Origin: Lama guanicoe
Taxonomy: Eukaryota
DNA length: 64,000 bases
Assembly: GCA_013239625.1 (NCBI GenBank)
Contig: MU053588.1
Coordinates: 3,562,799 to 3,626,798 of the forward strand
Reading direction: 5' to 3'
This document shows, piece after piece, positions 25,801 to 38,400 of this stretch (the first letter of the stretch is position 1; the number at the start of each line of letters is the position of its first letter). The notes beneath the pieces are model-generated. The model saw only the letters and a program-made list of their open reading frames with translations, was not told the DNA's origin and did not search any database. The position numbers and the translations under genes are program-made.

Positions 25801-27954
25801 ACTTCTTCAAGTGTCAATTGTGCAGAAGCATTTAGCTGTGGAAACAATAAGATGGGAGTCAGAGACCATCTGGTGCCTGTCCTGGTTCTTCACTGACCAG
25901 CTTCATGAGAGGGCCCCTGGGCTGAGTCTTGATGGACAGGTTGCTGCCAGGAGTATCTTCTCTCCTCTGCTTCTCTCTGGGGATACTGACTTTCCTTTGG
26001 AGTCTCCAAGGCTCCCAGGGTGGTTGGCTGATGGCCTGGGGATCTCATCCATCTGAGCTCTCCGTACTGAGTTTCAGGTGAAGGACCAGGGTTCACTGCT
26101 GCCCAGATTTGGCTCTTAGGGCTGAGCCCTGGCTGGTGACCAGCTTAGAAGCCTGGAGACCTGGAACAGGCTCCCCAGGGCCATGGAGTCAGGAGCCCTG
26201 GGATTGGGGCTGCGGGGGTGGGGGTGGGGCCTGAGTTTCTCTGCCAGGATCCCAGGGGACCCTCAAGCCAGGCCCCTATTGAGTCCTACAGGGTCTTCCT
26301 CAGGGTCATGGTCACAGGGAGGGGCCCAGGGGGTTGGACTGAGACTCCTCTCCCTCTGCTGAGTACTCCCATCAGACTGGTCCTTCTTTTTGCACAGGGT
26401 GTCTGCAGGGTCCAGATTCTAGGAAAGGATTCTAAACCTTTGAAATTTTTCTCCAGTGTGTGTCTTGCACTAAATTTTCAAACCCCAACATGGGAGTAAT
26501 GCAGAGGGGGATGGAGGCAGTGTCCAAGCCTGTCAGTCCTGTGTGTGTGAATAGAATTCACCCCACCCAATAGCGAGATGTCAGAGAGGAATCACTCACG
26601 GAATACTCGGAGTTGTCCAGATGCTGCTTCAGAGCTTAAGTCATCCGTTGTAACAAGTAAAGTGTAGTATCCTGTGTCGTTCTGAAAGACATTCTGCAAC
26701 AGCAGAGACCCATTGGCGTATATCGTCTCTCGGCCGCTGTATGCAGGCCCTGGTACACTTACTTGAGAGCTTACTATATATGATGCAATGTTTTGGCTGT
26801 TTTCTACTTTTTCTCCTCTGAACCAGCCATAGCCTAGAAGATCCTCTGTCACATTGTAGAGAAGTAGAAGAACATCCGTCCCTTCTGCAGCATTGACGGG
26901 CACTGACTCAATAATGAGTTGGGTAGTGGTGGGCAGGTTCCAGAAGGTTAAGAGTGAGACTAGGAGGGAAGGGAGAGAAAGCAATTCATAATCTCACCTA
27001 TAAATTGGGATGGAAAAAAGAGGCCCTGGGTCCTGAGCAGGTCTCTTCATCCCTCAGCCTTGCTATATGTTTTTATAGTGTGTGTGTGTGTGTCTGTGTG
27101 TGTGTGTCTCCTACTGGTTCACAGTTGGCAGTGTGACCCCCATTACTTCAGCTGCTCTGATCTTGTTATTTCCTCTGTTTGCCCAGGTGCCTGTCCGGCT
27201 CACTCCCTCTCTGCTCTCACGCACCTGCTCACCCTCGGGTAGGGGGGCGTGTTAGGAGATGCCCTCCCTGACCACCTGCTCTAAAGACCCTCTGCCTTCA
27301 CTTTCTGACCTTCCCCTGCTCTGTTTCCTTCATGACACTTGTCAGCACCTGACAGCACATTCTAGATCTCTTTGCTTGTCTGTCTTCTTCCCCATAGAGC
27401 GTGAGCTCTGTGAAAGCAGTACTCTGCTGATCTTATTGTACCCTCAGTGCATGGAACAGGTGCCAAACACCTGGTAATGAAGGAAGGTGTGTTCCCAGGT
27501 CCCTCCACATCCTGGTGTTTACTTGTCAATTTCTAAGGGTGGTCAGTAAGGACAATGTTTAGTGTCCCTGGTTAAGTTGTTTTTTTTCCCATGACAATAA
27601 CAGTGCTTAGTATTGTCATCAGTTTCCAAAATTTATTGTTCAGGAATTTATTGTTCAAAATTTATTGTTTAACTTGTAAAACATACAGTAATTTAGGTTT
27701 TCCTGCCCTTTAGCAATTCTAGTTCATTGAGATTTTCCTGTTGCTGACCCCATCCCTCCATCCTACCCTGCCCCACTGAGGTCCAAACAGAAGCCCTCTG
27801 TCCCCTCTCAGAGCCCTGTCTCCCCACGAGACCCCAGCCAGACTCTGTTCTCCCATTTCTGCCCACTCACTGAAAACTGTCCCCTCTCACCTGCCAGCAG
27901 GACCGTCTGCCAGAGGACGTGCCCTCTGTGGGCAGGGGCTGAGGGGGGCTCCAT
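16837..27954 (-). CDS. CEACAM1-related activating receptor with cytoplasmic ITAM (CEACAM3-like): L-N-A1-(A2)-TM-Cyt1-4
   Basis: Leader 27954-27891; IgV N exon 26959-26600 (360 nt); A1 25602-25324 (279 nt); A2 23878(canonical 23884)-23606; TM 19136-19016; cytoplasmic exons 18040-17988 (53 nt), 17673-17642 (32 nt), 17224-17183 (42 nt), 16926-16837. All phases are compatible. ITAM YQEL-LHSDRDI-YCGL. AATAAA (minus strand) at 16534-16539. 437 aa with A2, 346 aa without. Orthology among CEACAM1 paralogs cannot be named from sequence alone. Confidence 0.92.
19769..20518 (+). pseudogene. PGM2: Processed (retro) pseudogene fragment of phosphoglucomutase-2, 3' end, inside a CEACAM intron
   Basis: Intronless PTSKSSQMITFTFASGGVAT...SDPKGLKKELNELVSAIEERFFRPQKYNLQPK matches the PGM2 C-terminus. 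Followed by 3'UTR-like sequence and a degenerate A-rich tail (about 20454-20503). 15-bp TSD gaaaacattacttga at 19769-19783 and 20504-20518. Confidence 0.9.
20205..20310 (-). mobile_element. tRNA-Ala-derived SINE nested in the PGM2 retrocopy
   Basis: SINE consensus on the minus strand; TSD tgaac(c/t)tgatttct at 20191-20204 and 20312-20325. Confidence 0.88.
20847..21000 (-). pseudogene. Degenerate second CEACAM IgC A-type exon (pseudoexon)
   Basis: Minus strand reads ERMKLSRD...RREDSGSYQCEVS, paralleling A2 (ERMKLSQG...RREDAGNYQCQVS). Ends at a GTGAGT donor (20841-20846). Internal deletion, frameshift and stop. Confidence 0.7.
21415..23100 (+). mobile_element. Degenerate L1 ORF1-ORF2 segment
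   Basis: Endonuclease-like translation ARVAICISDKI...SIHQGNITIIRIYAPNNRAPK; ORF1-like accatagaggccagaaggca. Confidence 0.8.
23420..23550 (-). mobile_element. tRNA-Ala-derived SINE
   Basis: SINE consensus on the minus strand; 16-bp TSD agaaaaaggagattta at 23404-23419 and 23551-23566. Confidence 0.9.
24687..24918 (-). pseudogene. Inactivated CEACAM IgC B-domain exon
   Basis: Homologous to the B exon (ISPSDSY*HPEANLSLSCH...PQKSTQEL). Acceptor changed AG>AA, donor is GCAAGT, with frameshifts and an in-frame TAA. 232 nt versus the usual 255. Confidence 0.82.
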
Positions 27955-28094
27955 GGTGTCTGCTGTCTGCTGTGTCCCTCCCTCTGTGAGAAGAGTTTCC
28001 ACTCCAGAAATGCCCACAAGCACTGCTGTGTGATGTGTGAGCTCTGCTGTCCTTCCCTCCTCTGTGCTGGGCCTCCTCCTGGAGCGCGAGCACA

Positions 28095-28125
28095 TCATGG
28101 GTCATGTGGGCTGGGGGCGGGGTCT
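28095..28125 (-). promoter_or_regulatory. CEACAM proximal promoter: USF-type E-box and GC box
   Basis: CACATGAC (minus strand, 28101-28108) and GGGGGCGGGG (28113-28122), about 150 bp upstream of the ATG, as in TATA-less CEA-family promoters. Confidence 0.6.
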
Positions 28126-28211
28126 GTGCCCAGGACACTCTCTCTCCCTCCCCTCTCAGTCCTGCCTCCCTGCTTCCCTCTTCCTCTTTTCCTTCTCTCC
28201 GTACAGGAGTA

Positions 28212-29462
28212 CAGGCAAACCTCCGAGATATTATGATTTGGTTCCAGACCACCGCAATAAAGAGAGTCTCGTTTTTTGGTTTTCCAATGCCTTTTAAGTT
28301 ATGTTTACACTAAACTGTAGTCAGTCAAATGTACAATAGCATAATATCTAAAGAAACTTACATACCTTAATTAAAAATACTTTATTGCTAAATAAAGCAT
28401 CATCTGAGCCTTCAGTGAGTCATAATTGTTTTGCTTCTGGAGGGTCTTGGCTGGAGCAGTTGATGGCTGCTGACTGAATAGGGTGGTGGTTGCTGAAGGT
28501 TGACGGCTATGGCAATTTCTTTTCTTTTTTTCCTTTTTTGATGATGGAGGAGGTAATTAGGTTGGTTTATTTGTTTACTTATTTTAATGGAGGACTGGGG
28601 ATTGAACCCAGGACCTCGTGCATGCTAAGCACGTGCTCTGCTACTGAGCTATTCCCTAACCCAGCAATTTCTTTTAAAAAAATTTTTTTTTAATTGAACT
28701 ATAGTCAGTTTACAACGTTGTGTTAGTTTTTGGTGTACTGCATGGTGATTCAGTTATACATACATATATACTCCTTTTCATATTCTTTTTCATTATAGGT
28801 TATTACAAGATACTGAATATTTTGACCGACAGGGGCTTCATTTCCAGAATATACAAACAGTTCATATAAGTCAATAACAAAAACACAAACAACCCAATCC
28901 AAAAATGGGCAGAAGACCCAAATCAGCATTTCTCCAACAAAGACGTATACATGGCTAATAGGCACATGAACAAAATGCTCAATATGGCAATTTCTTAAAC
29001 TAAGACAACAATGAAGTTTGCTGCATTGATTGACTCTTCCTTTAGCTTGAATACTTAGAGGACATTGTCGCATTATTAATTGGACTAATTTCAATATTGT
29101 TGTGTCTCAGGGAATAGGGAGGCCAAAGAGAGGAAGACGGGGTAAATGGCCAGTTGGTGGAGCAGTCAGATCACACACATTTATCAATTAAGTGTGCTGT
29201 CTTATATGGGCATGGTTCGTGGTGCCCCAAAACAATTATAGTAGTAACATCAAAGATCACTATAACAAATATAATAATAATTTTGGAAAATTTACAGGTT
29301 TTGCAAAAATATGGTATAGAGACATGTGGTGAATAAATGCTGTTGGAAAATGGTGCCAATACACTTGTTTGATGCAGGGTTGCCGCAAAACTTCAATTTG
29401 TAAAAAATGCAGTATCTGCGAATTGCAATAAAGCAAAGCACCATTCAAAGGAGGTGTGCCTG
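28212..29462 (-). mobile_element. Internally deleted Tigger1-type DNA transposon with nested SINE (about 28524-28663) and 5'-inverted L1 fragment (about 28676-28982)
   Basis: Terminal inverted repeats caggcaaacctc / gaggtgtgcctg with TA target duplications at 28210-28211 and 29463-29464; Tigger1 end motif ggttccagaccaccgcaataaa. Confidence 0.85.
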
Positions 29463-30142
29463 TATTCAGGCCCCTGGGAAGTGCTGAGTCCTCTGCCTGC
29501 TAAAGCAGTGATTCTCTGCCTGCTAAAGCACAAGCCTGGGGCCTCAGAGTCACGTCAGGTTGGGGTGCATTGTAGCCTCTCTCACAGCTCTCTCTCACCT
29601 CATCTGGCTTTCTCTTCAGAGAAAGAGCAGGGGCTACATCAGGAACTCTTGTCACAGGGATGTCACCCCCACTGTGCGTGGGAATCACCTGTGGAACTTT
29701 AAAAAGACTGCAAATGCCCAGGTGATATTTTAGAAATGCTGCTTTACTAGCTGCCCAGGTCATAAGCCTGTCCAGCTAGGCTGAGATCCTATGATGGGGG
29801 TGTGGGGATACATACATGTGTACACACACACACACACACACGTGGAGAGAGAGAGAGAGAGGAAGAAAATGTGGCAAAATGTTAACAATTGGTGAATTTT
29901 GGTGAAGGGGATAGGACATTGATTGTACAATTCTTTCATCTGTTCCATAGACTTGAAAAGTTTCAAAGAAAAGGTTGGAAGATTAAAATGAAAGTATAGA
30001 GGATTATGTATAAGCATGCTACCCTCTTTCAAAAAAGGGTGAGATGCTAATATAGAAACACTTAAATCAGAAATCTCTCTGGCAGTCTATTAGATTTATA
30101 TTACAGCCACGAGTAAGAGAAAAGATGGTTTGATCAATGACC

Positions 30143-30660
30143 TGAAGAGGATGAGAGAATGACACCCCAAAATTTGCTACTTTGGCATAAGGTTTATTTT
30201 GAGCTAAAGACAATTGAGAACCAGTAAATATAGGAAGAGTTATCTGTCTTCCACTTATTGCCAAAGATAGAATATAAACTTCCCTTTTTGAAGGTATTTT
30301 CCCACTATGTACCAGAAAAAGAACAACTCATCACCAGAGACAAGGAATCAGCACAGACAAGTTTGCATAAACAAATTTCCCTTAAAATAACCCTCATCTC
30401 CCATTAATTACTCCATATATTTTCTAGTAACTTCCCCACAATTTATCATCCCTTTAAATCCAAACCTCCTTTCCTTGGTTAAAATAGTACATAAGCCCCT
30501 GAGTCTAGCTTTAGGTTTCAATTTTTTTATGTAAACTCCCATGCACATAAATAATAAAAATTGTCTGCCTTTTCTCCTGTTAATTAATTTGACTTTTGTC
30601 AGTTTAATTTACAGCCCCTAGGCTCTGAATTTAAGAGGTTAGAAGAAAAGAGTTTCCTCC
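30143..30660 (+). mobile_element. ERV-type solo LTR (approximate)
   Basis: Starts tgaag...gacaccccaaaatttgctactttggcataagg; TATA-like motif and aataaa...ttttctcctgttaat, typical of ERV1 LTRs. Confidence 0.55.
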
Positions 30661-31592
30661 CCAAAAGGCCCTCTTCCACAGCAAAACAAACAAACAAACA
30701 AACCCCCATAGGTATCTTCTAGAATACAAATTTGTCAGTTTAAATCTTATGTCCAAGGCAATGGATTAATGGATTTAAGTAAGGCAATTAATCAGAATTT
30801 TAGATTTTGAGAGATTAAGATCTACCTTCACAGGACCAAGTGAAGACCACTAGGGCCTGGGTGTCTTATAAGACTCAGTTGTTAGAAATTATCTTTGTGA
30901 AGACTGTTTCAGGATACCGAATAGGATCTGTTGATCGAAGGTTGTCTAGGAAGATGGGACATTTTCACCTTCTTATCTTGCTGAAATTTCTGTTGCCAGC
31001 AGTTAGAAAGGGCTCTAGTTTCAAAATGTGGGTATATTATTTCTTTAGTTAGCACCAAGAGAAAAAGACGCAGAGCTGAGAAGCTTAAAATTGGACAGAA
31101 ATGGATATAATATTATGATTTTTTAAAAAAAAGAATATGAGAAACATAAAATTTTACATCTTTTGCATTCATTAATCTGTATTCAGAGAGGAGCAGAATG
31201 AAGATGAGAACCATGCCCCCATCTCTGCAATAAATTCCCTAGAATGTCTGGATTTCAGCAAAAATGCTTTTTTGTCTCCTGGAGTGTGTCTGTGAATTCA
31301 AACTCTGAACACTGAAGCTGGAAAAACTGGGTTTTAATCCAAGTTATCAGTGGTCTGGGAAACTCTTATACTTCTGAGACCAAGAATGAGACCTTGTACA
31401 CCTGGGAGGAGCCCTGCACACCTGGCCCTGGAGTCAGACCCCCTAGGTTTGAATCCCAGCTCTGCAACATATTAGCAGAGCTTCCTCTCTGGAAAACGGA
31501 GAGGATGATGTTACCAACCTCAAATGGGGGTTGTGACAATTCGATAATCCATGTTAAGAATTACCAGGGTTGGGCACAGAGTAATGGCTCAG

Positions 31593-31779
31593 TTAATGCT
31601 GTTGTATGATTAATGGGGATTTTTGATGCTAAGATTTGTGTGACAATTTGCGTTGACTGTTACAATAAGTAAAAATTAATGCTGTTGTATGATTAATGGG
31701 GATTTTTGATGCTAAGTCATGGGGATTTATGATGCTAAGATTTGTGTGACAATTTGCGTTGACTGTTACAATAAGTAAA
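31593..31779. repeat. Near-perfect 83-bp tandem duplication with an extra 23-bp internal duplication in copy 2
   Basis: ttaatgctgttgtatgattaatggggatttttgatgctaagatttgtgtgac...aataagtaaa at 31593 and 31676; extra tcatggggatttatgatgctaag in copy 2. Confidence 0.9.
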
Positions 31780-32640
31780 GGCAACTCTCATGACAATAAA
31801 TAACGATTCTCCTCACAGTTAATGGTGATTGACTGTTAGGATAGTTGAGGGCCACTAAGCAGAAATGCCCTTCCAACTAGCAGAAAAGGAATTGATTAAG
31901 GAATATTTTAGGCAGATCACAGAGCTCCATGGGAATCAGAGTAGCAGGCTTGGAGGCCACATGGCCCAGTACAATGCCAAAACTGTAGTCTCTGGGCAGC
32001 TTCAGTTAAGATCTTTTGCCACACTGCTAGGCAGAGAAACCACACATACACTGCACTGCTGAAGCTGGCCCTGGAGTCCAGAAACTTCTGCACTACCAAC
32101 ACCACCACTACCCATGCTCACTCAAAGCAATCAATGTCATGCACCCTTTGCTTTGTGGTGCTGTGTGCTTACAATCTTGTGTTTTGATTGGGAACACCTG
32201 GGTCCCGTTTCTGTGTCATTCCTGCAAGGGATCCTGGGGAAATGAGCTTTCTGGATTTTGCCTTGGAATACAAGGCAAAATACAGTATAGCAAAGGCTTT
32301 TGAAATGTGCTGGGCAGCCAGAACATGAACTGTGTTCATCGCAAAGGTTTCCAATGGGACATCACAGTGGAGATGTCCAATGGGAGCCTGGAATTGAAGG
32401 TCCTGCCTAGAGTTAGAGATTTGAGAGGTATCAGCTTATGGAAGGGAAGTGAAGCCATCAATGTGGATAGAAAGGGACGTGAATAGTGAGAGAAAGGAAC
32501 CAGCATGAACTCTGGGGAATAGCCACATTTACAGACTGGGTGAAGCAGCTTAAGAAGAAGCAGTGGCTAGCAGGGTGATGCCTTAGCAATTTGGAAGGTC
32601 GGGGGTGTTGGGAGAATGTAACTAAAAACAAATGTTTATC

Positions 32641-33500
32641 GGAGGGAGGGTATAGCTCAGTGGTAGAGTGTGTACTTAGCATGCATGAAGTCCTGGGTTC
32701 AATCCCCAGTACCTCCATTAAAACAAACAAACAAACAAACAAAACAAACAAAAACAAAACAAAAAAGCCAAACAAAAATAAAATGTTAAAAAGGTCCATC
32801 AACGAATGCATGAATAAAGATGTGTACACACACACAAATGGAATATTAGCCATAAAAAGAATGAAATACTGCCATTTGCAGCAATATGGATGGACATAAG
32901 AGATTATCATACTAAGTGAAGTAAGTTAAAGAAAGACAAATATCATATGATATCAGTTACATGTGGAATCTGAAAAATGAAATAAATGAACTTATTTACA
33001 AAATGGAAACAGACTCACAGACATAGAAAACAAACTTATGGATACCAAGGGGGAAAGGGGAGGCAGAGGGATAAATTAGGAGTATGGGATTAACAGACTC
33101 ACACGGCTTATTTAAAATAGATAAACAACAAGGATTTACTGTATAGCACAGGGAACTATATTCAATACCTTATAATACCCAATAATGGAAAAGAATCTCA
33201 GAAACAGACTCTCAGACATAGAGAACAAACTTGTGGTTACCAGGGGGGAAGGGAGTGGCAGGGGATAAATTAGGAGTTAGAGATTTGCAGACATTCACTG
33301 ATACATATAGAATAGATAAACAGTAAGTTCATGCTGTATAGCGCAGGAAACTATATTCAGTATCTTTTAGTAACTCGTGGTGAAAAAGAATATGAAAACA
33401 AATACACGCATGTCCATGTATGACTAAAGCATTGTGCTATATACCTGAAATTGACACTTTGTAAACTGACTATACTTCAATAAAAATATATTTTAAAAAA
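32641..33500 (+). mobile_element. SINE (32641-about 32790) followed by two consecutive L1 3'-end fragments
   Basis: SINE consensus with a (caaa)n tail; L1 3'UTR motif gaaacagact(ca/ct)cagacatag at about 33006 and 33201; poly-A end near 33500. Confidence 0.8.
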
Positions 33501-35417
33501 ACAACTAAAATGATGCTAATCATGCAGAAACAAAGCCAGGTTTATAGAGACCCAAGGGGGAAGTAAGCGTGTTTGCTGGAGATACATGTGGAGAAGCCCT
33601 ACCCAAGTGCTACGCAGTCTCCTTTGTCCTCTATAGGTAAATATCTGCAGCAAATTCCAGCATGATTCAGGCTTCTCATACCTGATGAACCCATTGGCTA
33701 GTCCAGAGGGAGAAAGCAGAATAAATCAGTCAAAATGTGGGCTGAAGGGCCCAGAATTGTTCCTAGTTCAGCCACAGCCTGAATCAGAGGACTTGGTGAG
33801 CTTCTCTCCCTCTTTTGGTTTCTGATCTTCTATAAGAGGAGCAAGGAATTGTTGCAATTGTTGCTCCTAATAGGACAAGGAAAGAAAAGGAAAAGAGAAG
33901 AGAAAAGAAAAGATATAGAAGAAATAAGAGAAGAAAAGAAAAGAATCAGCACTGGCAGTGCTGCAGGTGGATGCCTTGGCGCACTTAGCACAAGGCTCCA
34001 TCGTTGTTAGTATTTCTGTTCTTGTTATTTAATTGGCCACCTATGACCCTATGGGCCTCTTTGCCCACTCTTCCTTCCCTTCTTCCTTTGTTTCAGGGAC
34101 ATTGCTTTAGGCCATGCACAACTCCAGAGGGTGCCATTCCCACAGCAATGATGTGAATCACTGGGGAGGGGATGCACAATCCATACAAATGTAGTGATGG
34201 CTCTGTTGCTGTCTTTCCTTCCTTCCTTCCTCGCTCCAATAAATATTGATTGAGTACCTATACTATGCCATGTGAGTGGTGGAGACACAGTTGGAGGTGA
34301 GAGGAACATGCCTCTGTCCCTGTAGCAAATGTTAAACTTGCAAACACAAAGAAAAATGGAATGTAAAAAGATATCAAGGTAAACATAATTGCAAGTTACA
34401 TATTCATTTCTCTTTCTCCTTTACTATTGTTCTTCCTCCTCTCTCCCTTTCCCCTCTCTTTCTCACATCTGGCCTCTGTGGTCACCCAGGGACACGCCCT
34501 TACTTTTCCCTGTCTCTCTCCTCTCCAGTGTGCTAGAGCTGCTTTGTGCAGGTTTGCAGAAGCCAATTGTTAAATATTTAGGGATTTGGTGAGCTGGTTG
34601 TTAAATGGTTGGTAGCTTAAAATCAGACCTGGTAGGAGTATTTACACCATAGAAATAGGCCAATGTTACGAGGCTCGGTTTGTTGATGCTGTTTTTCTGA
34701 AAAGCTGATCTTCTAGCACACCAGTCTTCCCATCTATTTCCGGCAAAGAAACTTTGCTTTGACAAGGAATATCCGAATTCTTCAAAAGACATTCAGTCTC
34801 TGCCGCCATCCCCTCCTCCTGCCATAAGTCAGCTCCCTCCTGGGTGGCAGGGAAGCAGAGATTCTAGGGCTTGTGTTGTGCTGGGAAGGAAGAGGACAGA
34901 GGGAGAGAAAGCAGGAGGGAAAGTCGTGAACCAGAGAGTAACAAGGACAGCAATATAGGGAAGAAGGAGAAAGAAAAGAGAAGTAGGAATCCGCGGGGAC
35001 AGAGGTTAGGGTAAGGAGAGCTTAGGGACCAGCCAAGACCCGCTGCTCAGTGTCCTCACAGGCAGTTGGGTCATTTCACCACCTGGGGCCAGAAGGTAGC
35101 CAAGCTGCTATGAGATGAGGAAACTGCCTTCCAAAATGACCCCGCAACAGAGTGGGGGTGGGGACCCACATAGCTGGGCCCAGGAGGAAAGTGGGCTGCG
35201 GATCCGGACCAGTGGGGACTAGGAGCCAGGATGCCTCAGTCTCGAATGTTGCTGAGGGGGCTGAGGCCCTGGATCCTGGGTCCGGGAAAGGATGGAGGAC
35301 TCAGATTCCTCTGCCATTAAGCTGTTGAGACTCAGAGGGTGGGCCAAGGCTTTATTTAGCAAGACCCTGCTTTCCCCACCATTTCCCTTGGGTGAGGCTG
35401 CCTCGGGTGAGGCAAGT

Positions 35418-35424
35418 TATAAAA
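35418..35424 (+). promoter_or_regulatory. TATA box of CD177
   Basis: TATAAAA about 55 bp upstream of the ATG. Confidence 0.65.
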
Positions 35425-35474
35425 GCGCTGTTTCCTGGGAGAAAGAAAAGGAGAGTGTTCCTGCTGCCCTGATC

Positions 35475-38400
35475 ATGAGCCCTGCCCTGCTGCTGGCCCT
35501 CCTGGGCATCACCCACACCCTGACCGGTGCGTGAGGACCCCAGCCTGGGAGCGGATTCCCCTGGAGGATCGGCTAAGATAGATTTGCTCTTCCCGCCTCA
35601 GGAGTGCACGCCCTGATCTGCAACCACGGGAGGAAGGAAACCGTGAGGGACATATTGGAGCTGCCTCTCCAGTGGACGACCAGCCAGGAGTCCTGTGAAG
35701 ATGGCTGGGGCTGCCAGGAAGTTCTGCTGCTCATTGAGAATGGTGAGAAGGGCCCCATGAGCCCCACGCCTGACCCCCACCCTCTCCTGTGCAGACACCC
35801 CTATCCCCACCCAGTCCTACCTGCATTCTGTCTACAAACTCAGAAGAGACAGGCCATGACACAGACCCTCTTTGCAGGACCCCAGAGTCCTGACCTCTCT
35901 CTCTTTCTCTCTCTCTTTCTGTCCAGAACTCCAAGTGAACTTGCTGATCCTCAAGGGCTGCACCCAGGCGGCGAATCAGGAGGCCCGCGTCACCCAGCAC
36001 AGGACAGGCCCCGGCCTCTCCGCTGTATCCTACACCCACGTGTGCAGGGAGGATCTGTGCAACAATCTCTCCTCCACTGTCCCTCTCCGGGCCCTGCCCC
36101 CACCCACAGGTGCCAGAGGGAGAGGAGGAGGAGGAACTGAAAGGGGCTGTTGGGAGGAGGGGAGCAACGGGACTGAGGGGGTGGGGGAGAGCACACAGGG
36201 ACAGTTCATTTAGAATCCCTCCCTGCCTCTCCCACCCCGTCCACCCCGTCCACCCTCCCCAGCACTCCCTCCCTTAGCACGACTTCTAACAGTCCCGGAG
36301 CAGCAAACTGGACTGGTTGTCTTATGCTCAATCACCCACCTCTGACTCGACTGTGGCGACAGCCCAAACGCGGTGCCCGCCCCTTTTGTCTATGCCATTG
36401 GATTTGGTTTACCTGTGTTCTATTCAGGGTTTGGTACTTCCTCTTCCTAAGTGAAATCGGCTTGTAACTTCCCACTGCCCTTTTTCGTCTGAGATCCTAA
36501 GTCGGGTTCGGAGCGATGGTTGGCATTTCTCTACTCTGTGGCATACTCTGAACACGGGCGCTTGTCTTCTTGGACTGTTGAGTGGAACTTGTGGGGTGAA
36601 GCCAATGGTTCCTCTCAGGGCACCCCTTCTCCACTCGTACTTCCTCCTGTACTCAGTCCCAGGCGCCCCTTCCCAGATCTCAGGGTCCCTCCCCACCTTG
36701 CTCTCTCTCTAGTCACATATCTTGAACTCCCTGCATCCCAGGCCTTCTTAGGAGGAGCCCTAAGATGGCACATTTCAGGAGACTAGGGAGGTTGACTCTT
36801 AGGACCAGCAAAACAGCGCAGTGGGGTGGGTGGGGAGTGGAGGGGTTAAGGAGGAAAGGCAAGCCGTCCAGTCTGAGTCCGGAGCCCTCTCAGTCCTCCC
36901 TCTCTTTCTCTCTCACCTCCCCAGCCCTGGGGTCTGTGCGGTGTCCAGTCTGCTTGTCTACAGCAGGCTGTGGGTCTGCAGCTGAGATGACCTGCCCCAT
37001 CAAGAGCTCGCACTGCTACAGTGGGGTCCTCCTGTTCAGCGGTGAGTGGGACATGGGGGCCCTGTGGGGCACTGAATGGGAATAGGGGGTCTGAGGACCA
37101 TGATCTGAGTCTCTGGGGTGGAAGGGTAGCTGAGTCCTGGGACCCAGAGGAAGATGGGCCTGGCTTCCCAGAGCTGTGCCTCCCCCAGAGGGTTGGCTGA
37201 TCCCAGCGGCAGCATCTCCCTCCCTCTCTCTTTCCACAGGGGCCATCTCTAGCCATCTGAAAGTCCAGGGATGTACATCTCAAGAAGGCTGCAACCTGCT
37301 TAATGGGACTCGGGAAATAGGGCCCATCACTCTGAGGGAGACCTGTGATCCTCTAGGTGAGTGTCACCCCCACAGGACCAAGTGCCCAGTCCCACAGCCT
37401 CGGACCCTGTCCAACACCCCCACAAAGCCAGCTCCCCAAGTCACTCAGATGTTTATCACTCACTCAGGCGGGTGTGATGGGAAGGATTCTCCCAGTAGGT
37501 GCATCAGGTGAGGCTGCCAGTGAGAGGTGTCCAGCCCAAGGGGAGAGAGAGGATGTGTGGCCCAGGGGACAGATCAATAGGACAGGAGCCCACTGGTGGG
37601 TGTTTTCAATGATGCTGAGCTTGACCAAGTTAGGGCAGCCTGTCCAGGTGGGACGGGAGCAGGGGAGCAGGGAGGAAGGTCAGAGGGCAGAGAGGATGGG
37701 CTGCATCGCACATCACCACTTTATCCATGGGATGCAGAAGTGAGTATCAGAATGGAGTGCCTGCTGGTTTCCTAACTGGGAGTGACTCGTTGCTTCCAAT
37801 TCGAACTGTTTTTCCACACCCCTGACTTTGGATAACCTTGGATCTCCCACTTCCCCTGGATCACCCCCACCTGATCCTCACCCATCCCCCACTCATGGCA
37901 CAGGAGCACCCTAGCAAAAGAGAAAAAAGATCAGAGAAAATATGGAGGATGCCCTAGGTATAACAGGGAAAGCAAGAGGCAAATGGGGACACAGGAAGGG
38001 CCCCCACTTACTCATGGAAACCCAGTCTAACTGACACACTGATGGATGAGAGCAGCCCAGACTGTCTTGATGTGAAGCATCCACCGTGGTGAGGAGAGGA
38101 GTAGGGTGATGAGTGGAGCGGGGCCTTGGGAAGTTGGGAGAAGGGCTTTCCCTGTCCGAAATTCAGCGAAAGAGTTGAGTGAGTTCTGCAAATGTTCCTC
38201 TTATTTGAATCTCTCTGGCTAGACTGGGAGCCTTGAGGTCAGAGCCTGGATGTCACTGACACCAAGATTTCCAGCCTCAGGATATTCCTTTTTAATTTTT
38301 TAATTTTTTTACTGGAGGTACTGGGGATTGAACCCAGGACCTCATGCATGCTAAGCATGCGCTCTACCACTGAGCTATACCCTCCCCTGCTATTCTTAAT

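Noticed and set aside
16837..27954. Naming the CEACAM gene CEACAM1 or CEACAM3
   Set aside because: The cytoplasmic exons are ITAM-type, not ITIM, so it is not CEACAM1. CEACAM3 is a primate-specific paralog, so one-to-one orthology is unsupported.
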